Source: Chitinophaga japonensis (GTDB lineage: Bacteria > Bacteroidota > Bacteroidia > Chitinophagales > Chitinophagaceae). From it: a DNA stretch of 24,000 nucleotides. The stretch's first letter is position 1. Every line of letters starts with the position of its first letter. Both the position numbers and the translations under genes were made by a program. The notes beneath the pieces were generated by a model that was given only the letters and a program-made list of their open reading frames with translations, did no database searches and had not been told where the DNA came from. This document shows positions 1 through 10,600 of this stretch, in pieces. The DNA lies in NCBI RefSeq assembly GCF_007830125.1, contig NZ_VLLG01000003.1:152247-176246 (forward strand), read 5' to 3'.

Positions 1-1
1 G

Positions 2-955
2 GCCAGGGCTACGGATGAGGAGATGAGGGCCTTCATAGCATCTGAGCTGGCCGCCGCCATCCCCAACCTGCCGGACCCCGGACAGGAAGAGGCTTTTGGC
101 CGCGCCAACAAGGGCATGGCCTGGGCCGTGCTGGCAAAATATTATCTCAACACCCGGCAGTGGCAGCAGGCCGCCGATGCCTGCCAGCAGGTAATGAATT
201 TCAACTACTACCAGCTATTCCCGGAATATGAAAACATGTTCCGCGTGGAGAATGAAGGCAATAAGGAAATGATCCTGGTGCAGCCCTGCAGGAATGAAGC
301 CGGTTTCGGCAACTGGTACACCGCCGGGGCATTGCCGCCCAATTTCAAGACTTCCGTGCAGGTGCCGGAATTTGTGTGGACCACTGCCATGGCCAATTTC
401 GCTACCCAGTACCGTATGGCCTCCACCTTTACCAACACCATTGATACCACGAACGACAGGCGGGCTATCCTGCTGCTGCGCAGCTATATCAACAGGAATA
501 ATGAAAGCGTGAGCCTGCTGTCCACGCCAAATAACGTAAGAAGCCTGAAGTACTGGGACAATGCCACCGTGGGCAACCACAGTGGCAACGATGTGCCGGT
601 GATCCGCTATGCGGACATCCTCCTGAGCCGCGCGGAGGCATTGAATGAGCTGAACGGCCCTACCCAGGCGGCGCTGGACCTGGTAAACCAGGTAAGGCGC
701 AGGGCCGGCATTGCGGACCTTACCCTGGCGGATGCTACCGGTAAAGAAGTGCTGCGGGACCTGGTACTCCGGGAAAGGGCCTGGGAATTTTACAGCGAGG
801 GGCTGAGAAGGGAGGACCTGCTGCGCCAGGATCAATTCATTTCAAATGCCATTGCAAGGGGGATCACCACCGCAGCGGAAAAGCATAAGCTGTTTCCCAT
901 CCCGCAAACGGAAATTGATGCAAACCCGGCCTGCCGGCAGAATACAGGCTATTAA
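2..955 (+). CDS. SusD/RagB-family nutrient-binding outer-membrane lipoprotein, C-terminal part (5' end outside the window)
   Basis: The reading frame is open from nt 2, so the listed Met at 23 is internal. C-terminal SusD hallmarks are present: RYADILLSRAEALNELNG, LRERAWEFYSEGLRREDLLR and KLFPIPQTEIDANP...NTGY at the end. Confidence 0.9.
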   Translation, partial: ARATDEEMRAFIASELAAAIPNLPDPGQEEAFGRANKGMAWAVLAKYYLNTRQWQQAADACQQVMNFNYYQLFPEYENMFRVENEGNKEMILVQPCRNEAGFGNWYTAGALPPNFKTSVQVPEFVWTTAMANFATQYRMASTFTNTIDTTNDRRAILLLRSYINRNNESVSLLSTPNNVRSLKYWDNATVGNHSGNDVPVIRYADILLSRAEALNELNGPTQAALDLVNQVRRRAGIADLTLADATGKEVLRDLVLRERAWEFYSEGLRREDLLRQDQFISNAIARGITTAAEKHKLFPIPQTEIDANPACRQNTGY

Positions 956-1008
956 TTATTCACTGACCATATCCATACAACAGATTGGCATTAAAATAAT
1001 CGACCGTA

Positions 1009-2187
1009 ATGAATCAATTGAGAACTATCGTAACTGTACTGGCCTGCCTGTTCATCCATGCTTCCTGTGGCCCGGGCGATGCATCCGAAAGAGAAGCGCA
1101 ATACAGCGACCCTGCAGCGCCCGTAGGCGATCCTGCATTGACCGTACCTTCCGCCGTGGCTCCCATCATGGACTACTGGATGCGCGATACCTATGTAATG
1201 AACGGACCGGATGGCTATTACTATATGACCGGCACCACCGCAGTGCCGGGCCGGCAATTCCCCTCCGGCAGGGTGCATTGCTGGGATTATAATGACGGCC
1301 TGTATATGTGGCGCTCCAAAGACCTGCAGCAGTGGGAGCCCATGGGCCTGGTATGGAGCTTTGACAGGGATGCAGCGGACTGGCAACGGGAAGGGAAACC
1401 GCTGCAGCCCGGCGCCGTATCGCCCAATAAAGACCCGCTGGACTCCTTTTACCGCGCAGTATGGGCGCCGGAGCTGCACTATGTAAAAAGCAAAAAGAAA
1501 TGGCTGATCATCGCCTGCATGAACGGCGGCGCCGGCTCCTTTGTGCTGGAAAGCACCTCCGGCAAGCCGGAAGGTCCTTACCGGAACATTAAGGGGAATG
1601 AGGACAAAGCCATTTTTCCCAATATTGACCTCAGCCTTTTTGAGGAAGATAACGGCGACGTATACCTGGTAGGGCACAACCATTTTATCACTAAAATGAA
1701 GGACGACCTCAGCGATATTGCAGCGCCCTTCAGGAAGCTGGAAGAAAGGCCCTACAACCCGGAGCCTTATATTGAAGGCGTATTCATCACCAAACATAAT
1801 GGCAGGTATCAACTGCTGCAAACCGTCTGGTCCGTGCGGCAGGACGATGGCAGCTATTCCTACCTGCGGGATGACCGGAAAGACCTGGATGCGCTGCACA
1901 GCTATGATGTAGTGGTGGCAGAGGCGGATAATATCTATGGACCCTATGGCCCGCGCTATGCAGCCATCCTGCAGGGCGGCCATAATAATATATTCCGGGA
2001 CAAGGAAGGGCAGTGGTGGTCCACTACCTTCTTTAACCCCAGGGGCGTGATGGGCACAAAGTTTCCCGTAACATGCCGCCCCAGCCTGGTGCCGGTGAAA
2101 TGGGATAATGGTAAATTAAAACCGGACGGTGAGCGGGCGGCCAGGTTCTATGCGGACTTCCGGGCGCGCGCTTCCTCACCGCATTAA
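1009..2187 (+). CDS. Glycoside hydrolase, GH43-like (clan GH-F five-bladed propeller), lipoprotein
   Basis: 392 aa. Lipobox-like signal LACLFIHAS-C20. Propeller catalytic pattern: WMRD60TYVM (base Asp), WAPELHYV, IDLSLFEEDNG and YIEGVFI (acid Glu). Confidence 0.85.
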   Translation: MNQLRTIVTVLACLFIHASCGPGDASEREAQYSDPAAPVGDPALTVPSAVAPIMDYWMRDTYVMNGPDGYYYMTGTTAVPGRQFPSGRVHCWDYNDGLYMWRSKDLQQWEPMGLVWSFDRDAADWQREGKPLQPGAVSPNKDPLDSFYRAVWAPELHYVKSKKKWLIIACMNGGAGSFVLESTSGKPEGPYRNIKGNEDKAIFPNIDLSLFEEDNGDVYLVGHNHFITKMKDDLSDIAAPFRKLEERPYNPEPYIEGVFITKHNGRYQLLQTVWSVRQDDGSYSYLRDDRKDLDALHSYDVVVAEADNIYGPYGPRYAAILQGGHNNIFRDKEGQWWSTTFFNPRGVMGTKFPVTCRPSLVPVKWDNGKLKPDGERAARFYADFRARASSPH

Positions 2188-2198
2188 TTGCTTAGCGT

Positions 2199-4808
2199 AT
2201 GATCAAAAGAATATTTGCCGGCATCATAGCCTTGCTTCCGCTGGCAGCCGGTGCACAGGAAATAGGGGCCAATTTTAATCATGACCCGGAGATCATTGAT
2301 TTTACCTACCTGGCAAAAACGCCGGTGGAGTGGGTGCGTACCACACCTTACATTTTTGAGTACATCCGGGGAGAAAAGGACCCGGCTACTTCCCCCGGCC
2401 TGCAAAATGTAATAGACGCCAAAAAGAAAGGCTATAAAGTGGCCTTTGGCTTCCGCTGGGATTTTAAAAAATATAAGCTGCGGATACCGGCGCCCGGCTC
2501 CGCGGAAGAAAAAAAATACTTTGCAACCGCTACCGCGATCCTGGACCGGGTAGGCCCGTACATAGATGTGTTCAAGCTGGGCAACGAGCCCAACCTGGAA
2601 ACCATGGAGCCGGATCTGCAGCGCAACGCAGCAGGCGTGGTGCCGCTGGTGCGGTTTACGGAAAGATTGCTCACGGAAGTGCTGGAGCCTTACTACCGGC
2701 AACACCCGGCGCTGAGGCGCCCCGATGTATACACCGGCTCTTTGCCCCGCCTGTTCATGAAAGCGGAGCAGCAGAAACCCGGCGTAGCAGGGTTAATAAA
2801 GCTGGCGCAGGACAACAAGGCGATCAAAGGGTTGGCCGTGCACCTGCATATCAGCGATTCCCTGGAAATGGAGGAGGCTTTCCGTTATGTACGCTCCATT
2901 ATGCCGGCCAAGCCTGTTATCATACCGGAGTTCTCGCTGTTCCGCCTGTATAACAAGCATGTGGCGGATGAGTTGGGAGATAGCCAGGCAGGGAGATCAT
3001 TTGCGGATAAATATGGATACGCCCATCACATGAAGCTGTACCAATGGTACAGCAAGGCCAACACGGAACGGGTAAGCGCAAAGGAATGGGAAGATATGTT
3101 TGCCTCCCGCACCTGGTTCCCGCAGCATTTCATGCGTACCTATTACCGCTATTTCCAAAAATACGGGGTGGTGCTGGCTACCTATGGCTACCTTAGCCAG
3201 TCGGCGCCAAAGAAAATGGGGCCCCACTCGCCCACCTGGTTCATCAATCCCATCTTCCCCATGAAAAGCCTGCAGCCGCAGCCGGACGGGTCCTTTACGC
3301 CCAATCCTTTATGGTTTAATGACTTTGTAGACATTGTTGAACAAGGGAAGAAAAATAAACCGCTGGCGGCAAAGCCCAACATTATTATCCTGTATGCAGA
3401 CGACCTGGGTTACGGGGATGTAGGCTGCTATGGCGCTACGGCCGTGAAAACGCCCCATGTGGACCGCCTGGCTGCCAACGGGGTGCGGTTTACGGATGCG
3501 CATTGTACGGCCGCTACCTGCACGCCCTCCCGGCTTTCCCTGCTCACCGGCCGCTATGCTTTCCGGAACAATGCCGCCATTCTTCCCGGCGATGCGCCCC
3601 TGCTCATGCAGCCGGGCGGCCTTACCTTGCCGGGCATATTGCAGCAGGCGGGCTATACCACCGCGGTGATAGGCAAGTGGCACCTGGGCCTGGGCAGGGG
3701 CGCCATTGACTGGAACGGGCATATTGGCCCCGGCCCCAACGAGATCGGTTTTAACTATTCCTTTATTATTCCTGCTACCACGGACCGGGTGCCCACCGTG
3801 TTCGTGGAAAATGGCAAAGTGCCGCAGCTCGACCCAAACGACCCTATCGCTGTCAGCTATACGCAGCAGGTAGGAGAAGAGCCTACCGGGCTGTCGCACC
3901 CGGAATTGCTGAAGCAAAAAGCCGACACGCAGCACAGCAATACCATCATCAACGGCATCAGCCGCATCGGTTATATGACAGGGGGCAAAGCCGCACGGTG
4001 GGTGGATGAGGAGATACCCCTTGTGCTGAATGCAAAAGCAAAGCAGTTCATTATTAAAAACAGGAACCAGCCATTTTTTCTCTATTATCCCTATCCTAAC
4101 ATTCATGTACCCCGGGCGCCGAACCGCCAGTTTGCCGGTTCCACCAGGCTGGGCGCCCGGGGCGACGTGATTGCTGAAATGGACTGGATGACCGGGCAGG
4201 TAATGCAACTACTGGATTCACTGGGCATTGCAGAAAATACATTGGTCATCTTCAGCAGCGACAACGGTCCTGTGCTGGATGATGGCTATGAAGACCAGGC
4301 GGAGGAGCGCAATGGCAGCCACCAGCCTTCCGGCATATACAGGGGAGGCAAGTACAGCGCTTTTGAAGCCGGCACCCGGATGCCCACTATCACATACTGG
4401 CCCGGCACGATAAAATCTGGCGTATCAGGCGCGCTGTGCTCACAGGTAGACCTGCTGGCATCACTGGCGGCCCTGGCAGGACAGCCGCTGCCAACAGGCG
4501 CTGCGCTGGATAGCCGCAACGCGCTGGATGTATGGCTGGGCCGGTCTGCAAACGGCCGCGCATACCTGCTGGAGGAGTCCTACACGCTGGCGCTGCGCAG
4601 GGGCGAATGGAAATATATTGCCCCGCAGCAAAAGCCCGCGCCGGACTGGCTGAGGAATAAAAAAATTGAGAACGGTTTGCAGCCCACCGCACAGTTGTAT
4701 AATTTAAAGCGCGATCCGCGGGAGCAGCAGAATGTAGCGGATCAGTATCCTGCAGTGGCCAGGGATCTACAGGCCGCATTGGAAAAGATAAAGCAAGATA
4801 AACCTTAG
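2199..4808 (+). CDS. Bimodular secreted enzyme: N-terminal clan GH-A-like TIM-barrel domain fused to a C-terminal S1 (formylglycine) sulfatase
   Basis: 869 aa with a signal peptide ending AGAQ-E. In aa ~21-380, KLGNE130PN and VIIPE244FS lie ~114 aa apart, which is the acid/base and nucleophile pattern of clan GH-A. A Lys-rich linker EQGKKNKPLAAK follows. In aa ~394-869, IIILYADDLGYGDVG, C441-T-P-S-R (nt 3519-3533), GKWHLG and FSSDNGP indicate a type I sulfatase. Confidence 0.85.
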   Translation: MIKRIFAGIIALLPLAAGAQEIGANFNHDPEIIDFTYLAKTPVEWVRTTPYIFEYIRGEKDPATSPGLQNVIDAKKKGYKVAFGFRWDFKKYKLRIPAPGSAEEKKYFATATAILDRVGPYIDVFKLGNEPNLETMEPDLQRNAAGVVPLVRFTERLLTEVLEPYYRQHPALRRPDVYTGSLPRLFMKAEQQKPGVAGLIKLAQDNKAIKGLAVHLHISDSLEMEEAFRYVRSIMPAKPVIIPEFSLFRLYNKHVADELGDSQAGRSFADKYGYAHHMKLYQWYSKANTERVSAKEWEDMFASRTWFPQHFMRTYYRYFQKYGVVLATYGYLSQSAPKKMGPHSPTWFINPIFPMKSLQPQPDGSFTPNPLWFNDFVDIVEQGKKNKPLAAKPNIIILYADDLGYGDVGCYGATAVKTPHVDRLAANGVRFTDAHCTAATCTPSRLSLLTGRYAFRNNAAILPGDAPLLMQPGGLTLPGILQQAGYTTAVIGKWHLGLGRGAIDWNGHIGPGPNEIGFNYSFIIPATTDRVPTVFVENGKVPQLDPNDPIAVSYTQQVGEEPTGLSHPELLKQKADTQHSNTIINGISRIGYMTGGKAARWVDEEIPLVLNAKAKQFIIKNRNQPFFLYYPYPNIHVPRAPNRQFAGSTRLGARGDVIAEMDWMTGQVMQLLDSLGIAENTLVIFSSDNGPVLDDGYEDQAEERNGSHQPSGIYRGGKYSAFEAGTRMPTITYWPGTIKSGVSGALCSQVDLLASLAALAGQPLPTGAALDSRNALDVWLGRSANGRAYLLEESYTLALRRGEWKYIAPQQKPAPDWLRNKKIENGLQPTAQLYNLKRDPREQQNVADQYPAVARDLQAALEKIKQDKP

Positions 4809-4821
4809 ATATTTTAATGGT

Positions 4822-6522
4822 ATGCAAAGCAACATCTATCATAGCGCAGCTATGCTTTTATCATTGACGATCCTCTCGTCCTGCGCAGGCAGCAGGCAAA
4901 ACAAGCAGGCAGCGGGGAACGACCAGCGCCCGAATATTGTGCTGATACTGGCGGACGACCTGGGGTATTCCGACATCGGCGCTTATGGCGGCGAGATACA
5001 TACGCCTAACCTGGATTCCCTGGCGGCCAACGGCCTGCGTTTCCGGCGTTTTTACAATACCTCCCGCTGCTGTCCTACCCGGGCCTCGCTGCTCACAGGC
5101 TTGTACAACCAGCAGGCAGGCATTGGCGAAATGACCGCGGAACGGGACGAGCCGGGCTACCGCGGCTACCTTACCGAGAACACCGTTACACTGGCGGAAG
5201 TGCTGAAAGACGCCGGCTACCACACCGCCATGTCGGGGAAATGGCATGTGTCCAACACCATTGAGCAGCCCGGCAAAGCGGAACAGCTAAAATGGCTGAA
5301 CCACCAGGCTTCCCATCCCTGGTTTTCACCGGTGGAGCAATACCCGGTAAAGAGGGGCTTTGAAAAATATTACGGGAACATATTCGGCGTGGTGGATTAT
5401 TTTGATCCCTTCAGCCTGGTGAACGATACTACGCCGGTGGAAAATGTGCCGGCCGGCTACTATCATACCGATGCGATCAATGATACGGCGGTGAGCTATA
5501 TCAAAACATTCAGTAAAGACGACAAGCCCTTCTTCCTGTATGTAGCGCAAACCGCGCCGCACTGGCCCCTGCAGGCTTTGCCGGAAGATATCAAAAAATA
5601 CGAGGACACTTACAAGGCAGGCTGGGACGCCATTCGCGCCGCCAGGTATAAAAGAATGGTGGAGAAAGGGCTGATCGATTCCGCCACCACGCCTTTGTCG
5701 CCCCGTATCAATAATGACCTGCGCTGGGAAGATAATCCCGATAAAGAGTGGGATGCCCATGCCATGGCTGTGCATGCCGCTATGGTAGACCGCATGGACC
5801 AGGGTATTGGCCGCATTGTTCAGGCCCTGCGGGAAACCGGCGAACTGGAGAATACGATCATCCTGTTCCTGAGCGATAACGGCGCCAGCCCGGAAAACTG
5901 CATGCGCTACGGCCCCGGCTTTGACCGCCCGGGCGAAACCAGGGACGGGCGGCAGATACACTACCCGGTGAAGAAGGATGTACTGCCCGGCCCGCAAACC
6001 ACTTTCGCATCCGTCGGCCAGCGTTGGGCCAATGTAGCGAACACGCCCTATCAATACGCCAAGGCGCAGTCCTACGAAGGCGGCGTTCGCACGCCCATGA
6101 TCGCTTTCTGGCCCAAAGGCATCCGGTCAAAAGGCGGCTTCTCGGACCACCTGGGGCATGTCATGGACTTTATGCCCACTTTCATGGAAGTAGCCAACGC
6201 GCGCTACCCGCAAACCTATAACGGCCGCCAGATCACGCCCTACACCGGTGTGAGCCTGCTGCCGGCGCTGGAAGGGAAAGGAGGTAAAGAGCATGATGCG
6301 CTGTACAACGAGCATTTCAACGCCCGCTATGTGCGCGAGGGCGAATGGAAACTGGTATCCCTGGCCGGCGATACCACCTGGCGCCTGTATAAAATAAACC
6401 AGGATGAAACGGAGCTGAACGACCTGGCGGCACAGCACCCGGATGTGGTGAAAAGATTATCCGGCCAATGGCGGCAATGGGCCAACACCCACCAGGTGTT
6501 TCCCAAGCCCGGTAAAAAATAA
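4822..6522 (+). CDS. Arylsulfatase-type S1 sulfatase, lipoprotein
   Basis: 566 aa. Signal with LTILSS-C lipobox. IVLILADDLGYSDIG; C83-C-P-T-R formylglycine motif (nt 5068-5082) followed by ASLLTGLY; SGKWHV; LFLSDNGA. Confidence 0.9.
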   Translation: MQSNIYHSAAMLLSLTILSSCAGSRQNKQAAGNDQRPNIVLILADDLGYSDIGAYGGEIHTPNLDSLAANGLRFRRFYNTSRCCPTRASLLTGLYNQQAGIGEMTAERDEPGYRGYLTENTVTLAEVLKDAGYHTAMSGKWHVSNTIEQPGKAEQLKWLNHQASHPWFSPVEQYPVKRGFEKYYGNIFGVVDYFDPFSLVNDTTPVENVPAGYYHTDAINDTAVSYIKTFSKDDKPFFLYVAQTAPHWPLQALPEDIKKYEDTYKAGWDAIRAARYKRMVEKGLIDSATTPLSPRINNDLRWEDNPDKEWDAHAMAVHAAMVDRMDQGIGRIVQALRETGELENTIILFLSDNGASPENCMRYGPGFDRPGETRDGRQIHYPVKKDVLPGPQTTFASVGQRWANVANTPYQYAKAQSYEGGVRTPMIAFWPKGIRSKGGFSDHLGHVMDFMPTFMEVANARYPQTYNGRQITPYTGVSLLPALEGKGGKEHDALYNEHFNARYVREGEWKLVSLAGDTTWRLYKINQDETELNDLAAQHPDVVKRLSGQWRQWANTHQVFPKPGKK

Positions 6523-6556
6523 ATTATAAAAGCATAGACCTAATAATATCACAGTT

Positions 6557-7627
6557 ATGTTCATTAGAAAATCATTGATAAGCCTGGCCTGCGGCCTGCT
6601 GCTATGCAGCCTGGCCAACGCGCAGCAAAAATGGTCCGTTCAAAAGGCCAATGCATGGTATGCCAAACAGGGTTGGTTAAGAGGCTGCAATTTTCAGCCC
6701 TCCAGCGCTATTAACCAACTGGAAATGTTCCAGGCGGCCACTTTTGACACCGCTACCATCAACCGGGAGCTGGGCTGGGCCGGGGACCTGGGATTGAATG
6801 TGATGCGGGTATACCTGCACCACCTGTTATGGACCGCCGATAAGGAAGGCTTCAAAAAACGGCTGGACACATACCTGGATATATCTTCCCGGCACGGCAT
6901 TAAAACCCTGTTCGTGTTCTTTGACGATTGCTGGAATGATACGGCCTGGGTGGGCAAACAACCCGACCCGAAACCCGGCGTGCATAACTCCGGCTGGGTA
7001 AGGGACCCGGGCACCATGATCCACACGCACCCGGATACCATGCAGGTGCTGGAAGCCTATGTAAAAGATGTACTCACTACCTTTAAGAACGATGACCGCA
7101 TCCTGCTATGGGACCTGTACAATGAGCCGGGCAACCGCCGGCAGTTCAATAAAAGCATGCCGCTGCTGAAAAACGTGTTCCGGTGGGCGCGGGAAGTAAA
7201 CCCCTCCCAGCCGGTAAGCGCCGGCGTATGGAACAACAGTGCCGACTTTAAGGACCTGAACAAATTCCAACTGGAAAATTCGGACATCATTACTTACCAC
7301 AATTATTCCTACATTGATGATCACCAGCATACCGTTGACACGCTGAAAAAGTACGGCCGGCCGCTGATCTGTACGGAGTATATGGCCCGGCGCAACGGCA
7401 GCCTGTTCCAGTTGATCATGCCGCTGCTGAAAGAGGAAAATGTAGGCGCCATCAACTGGGGATTTGTAAGCGGTAAAACCAATACCATCTTTGCCTGGGA
7501 TACCCCCATACCGGATGGAAAGGAGCCCAGGCTGTGGTTCCATGATATTTACCGGAAGGACGGCACGCCGTTCAGCAAGCATGAAGTGTCGTTTATTAAG
7601 GAACTTTGTAAACCGGGAAAGGAATAA
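6557..7627 (+). CDS. Secreted clan GH-A glycoside hydrolase (GH5-like; homologs as I recall are often annotated cellulase-family or 1,4-beta-xylanase)
   Basis: 356 aa with a signal peptide ending ANAQ-Q. WDLYNE190PGN (acid/base) and PLICTE274YM (nucleophile). N-terminal KWSVQKANAWYAKQGWLRGCNFQPSSAINQLEMF is typical of this Bacteroidota family, from memory. Confidence 0.8.
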   Translation: MFIRKSLISLACGLLLCSLANAQQKWSVQKANAWYAKQGWLRGCNFQPSSAINQLEMFQAATFDTATINRELGWAGDLGLNVMRVYLHHLLWTADKEGFKKRLDTYLDISSRHGIKTLFVFFDDCWNDTAWVGKQPDPKPGVHNSGWVRDPGTMIHTHPDTMQVLEAYVKDVLTTFKNDDRILLWDLYNEPGNRRQFNKSMPLLKNVFRWAREVNPSQPVSAGVWNNSADFKDLNKFQLENSDIITYHNYSYIDDHQHTVDTLKKYGRPLICTEYMARRNGSLFQLIMPLLKEENVGAINWGFVSGKTNTIFAWDTPIPDGKEPRLWFHDIYRKDGTPFSKHEVSFIKELCKPGKE

Positions 7628-7634
7628 GCATGTG

Positions 7635-10600
7635 ATGAAGCGGATCATTTACTGGTATGTTCTCTCTTTTTTGGTGTTGCGCTTTTATGAAAGCAGCGGG
7701 CAACAGCTCCTGTTCCGTAACTATACCGTGTCGGAAGGTCTGCCCTCCAGTACGGTGCGCGCCATTGCGCAGGACGACCAGGGCTATATGTGGTTCGGCA
7801 CCAAGAACGGGTTAAGCCGTTTTGACGGTTACCAGTTCCGGAACTTCCAGTATAAGAAAGACGATCCGCTTGCGCTTGGCAATAATTTCATTCACTGCAT
7901 TACCCGGTTTGACAGCACACACCTGTGGATCGGCACCGAAAACGGTATTTACATACTGGACCTGGAAACAGAACGGTTTTCTCCTTTTGTACCGCTGCAG
8001 GAGAAAACCGTTTTTGACATTCTAAGGGGCAGGGACGGTATGGTGTGGATCTCCTCCCGGCTGGACGGCCTGTACCGTTATGATCCGGGGAAGAAAACAA
8101 CCACGCAATTTAAGGCCAATCAATCCGCTTCCTCCATTTCGGGCAACAACGTGAACCGGCTGGCGGAAGATGAGGACGGCAATATCTGGATCGGCACTTT
8201 CGGGCACGGTATTGATATATACAATCCCGCCACGAAAACCTTCACCAACCTGCGTTCCGCCAACAGCGGCCTAAGCAATGATTATATCAATACCCTGTAC
8301 AAAGGCTGGGATGGCGTAATGTGGGCCGGCACCATGAACGGCGGTCTGTGCAAATGGCAAAAAGAACAGCAGTCCTTCAAAGTGTACCGGAACGATGGCG
8401 GCCCCCATTCCATCAGGGACAATATTGTGCGGGCCCTGTGCCAGGTATCGCCGGACAAGATATATGTGGGCACGGAAAAGGGGCTGAACGTGCTGGATAT
8501 AGCCACCGATAAATTTGTAGCCTATACGAACCAGAGCAATGACCCCTTCAGCATCAGCGACAACGCCGTGTATTCCATATTTTCCGATAAGGGAGGCACG
8601 ATGTGGGTAGGCACCTATTTTGGCGGTGTCAATTATTTTAATGAAAAAGGGGCCGCCTTTGAGCTGTACTATCCCCTGGAGGGACCGCATTCCCTGAAAG
8701 GAAGGGCCGTAAGCAGCTTCCTGGAAGATACGCCGGGCAAGTTCTGGGTGGGCACGGAGGACGGGGGCCTGCACTATTTTAACAGCATTACGAAAACGTT
8801 CCGGCGCTACCCCTTCCAGCCCGGGCAGCAGCCCTTATCCTATCATAATATCCATGCCCTGGTAAAGGACCGGGCCGGCCGTATCTGGATCGGTATATTT
8901 GCCGGCGGCGTAAACGTGTATGATCCCGAAACCGGCCGCGTGCAGTATTTTTCGCAGCAGCCCGGCAATATTCATGCACTGAACAGCAATAATGTTTTCT
9001 GCATCTATGAAGACAGGGAAGGAAAAATATGGGTAGGGACGGACAAGGGCCTGAACCTGTTTAACCCGGAGCAGCGCAGTTTCACCAGCGTGCGGCAGGA
9101 AGGTGTCAGCAACACCATCATATACGATGTTTACGAAGATGCGCATCAAACGATCTGGATCGCTACGTATAACAATGGCCTGGTCTTTTATAACAAAAAA
9201 ACGGAACAATGGGGGCGCATCTCTGCCGAGGACCCCGGCACCCAGTTGGCTTCCAACAAGCTGGTATGCCTGTTTGACGATCACAAGGGCCACCTGTGGA
9301 TCGGTTCAGATGGCGGGGGATTGCATCAATATAATTTTGAGACAAAGCAGGTAACGCAATACAGCGATAAAGCCGGCATGCATGCCAACGTGGTGTATGG
9401 CATTCAGCAGGACGATGCGGGACTGATGTGGATCACCACCAACAACGGCATTTACAGCATTGATCCGGCAACGGGCAATATCCGGCATTTTACACGGCAA
9501 GACAACCTGCAGAGCCAGCAGTTCAATTACAAGGCATTCTACAGGGCGTCTGACGGGAAGCTGCTGGCCGGCGGCATCAAGGGCTTCAATGCTTTCTACC
9601 CCGAAAAATTATCTGATGTTCCCGCCCGGGTACGGGTATCATTCACCAATTTCCAGTTGTTCAACAAGCAGGTGCCCTTGTCGGACGATGGTCCCTTATC
9701 AAAACAAATAAATTATACGAACCGGCTGATACTGCAGCACAACCAGTCTGTGATGAGCTTTGAATTTGCCGTGCTGAATTTCAGCGCCCCGGAAAAGCTG
9801 AGCTATGCGTACAAAATGGAGGGCTTTGACCCGGACTGGAACTACGTGGGCGACCAGCGCAAAGCCACCTACACCAACCTGGCGCCCGGCACCTATACCT
9901 TCCGGGTAAAAGCAACGGTGAATGAAAGCAACTGGGACGCGCCCGTATCTACCATGGAGCTGGTGATAAGGCCGCCCTTTTACCGCACCACGCTGGCATA
10001 TGCCATTTTCACGCTGCTGGCGCTGGGCGCTGCCTGGGGCATTTACCGGTATTCCGCCAGCTACATCCGGCGGCAGAACCAGATCAAGGTGGAACGGCTG
10101 AAGAACAAGGAAGAGCAGGAATTCTACGCCCGGAAAATAGAGTTCTTCACCATGATGGCGCATGAGATCAGGACGCCGCTGTCCCTGATCATTGCGCCGC
10201 TGGAAAGACTGCTGTCCATCAACAAGTGGCAGCCGGAGGAAAGGGAGCAACTGGTCACCATGGATGAAAATGCCAGCCGGCTGATGGACCTGGTAAACCA
10301 GTTGCTGGATTTCAGGAGAATAGAAAGCGATGCCTATGAGATAAAGAAAGAGGAAGTGGAGGTGGTATCGCTGGTGCAGTCCATTTATTCGAGGTTTTCC
10401 TCCCTGCCTTACCAGAAGGATATAGAGTTCACCATGAGCACCAAAGTGGGCAAGCTGCTGTTGCAGGCCGACCCGGAAGTGCTGAATAAGGTATTGAGCA
10501 ACCTGCTGATCAATGCATTCAAATTTGCCCGGAAGAAGGTGAACATCACGGTGGCGGAAGCCGCCAGGACAGCCACCGGCGACCCGCGCGTTTGCATCAG

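Noticed and set aside
991-1983. A 330-aa ORF antisense to the GH43-like gene. Similar long shadow ORFs occur at 215-835(-), 2184-2705(-), 3309-4208(-) and 5326-6054(-).
   Set aside because: They are opposite-strand ORFs within confidently assigned genes. Their translations are low-complexity and rich in Arg, Gly, Ala and Pro, with no recognisable motifs. Such ORFs are expected in GC-rich coding DNA.
2509-2516. An A8 homopolymer inside the GH-like/sulfatase fusion gene, considered as a slipped-strand phase-variation tract.
   Set aside because: It is short for a contingency locus. It encodes an ordinary Glu-Lys-Lys stretch, and similar short A-runs occur elsewhere in the window, for example in Lys-rich segments.
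7491-7634. The 48-codon N-terminal extension of the hybrid two-component ORF in the ORF track (MPGIPPYRMERS...), which overlaps the GH5-like gene.
   Set aside because: The extension lies entirely inside the upstream coding region in another frame and is Arg/Gly-rich with no signal peptide. The Met at 7635 is followed directly by a typical signal/TM segment and sits 7 nt after the upstream stop.
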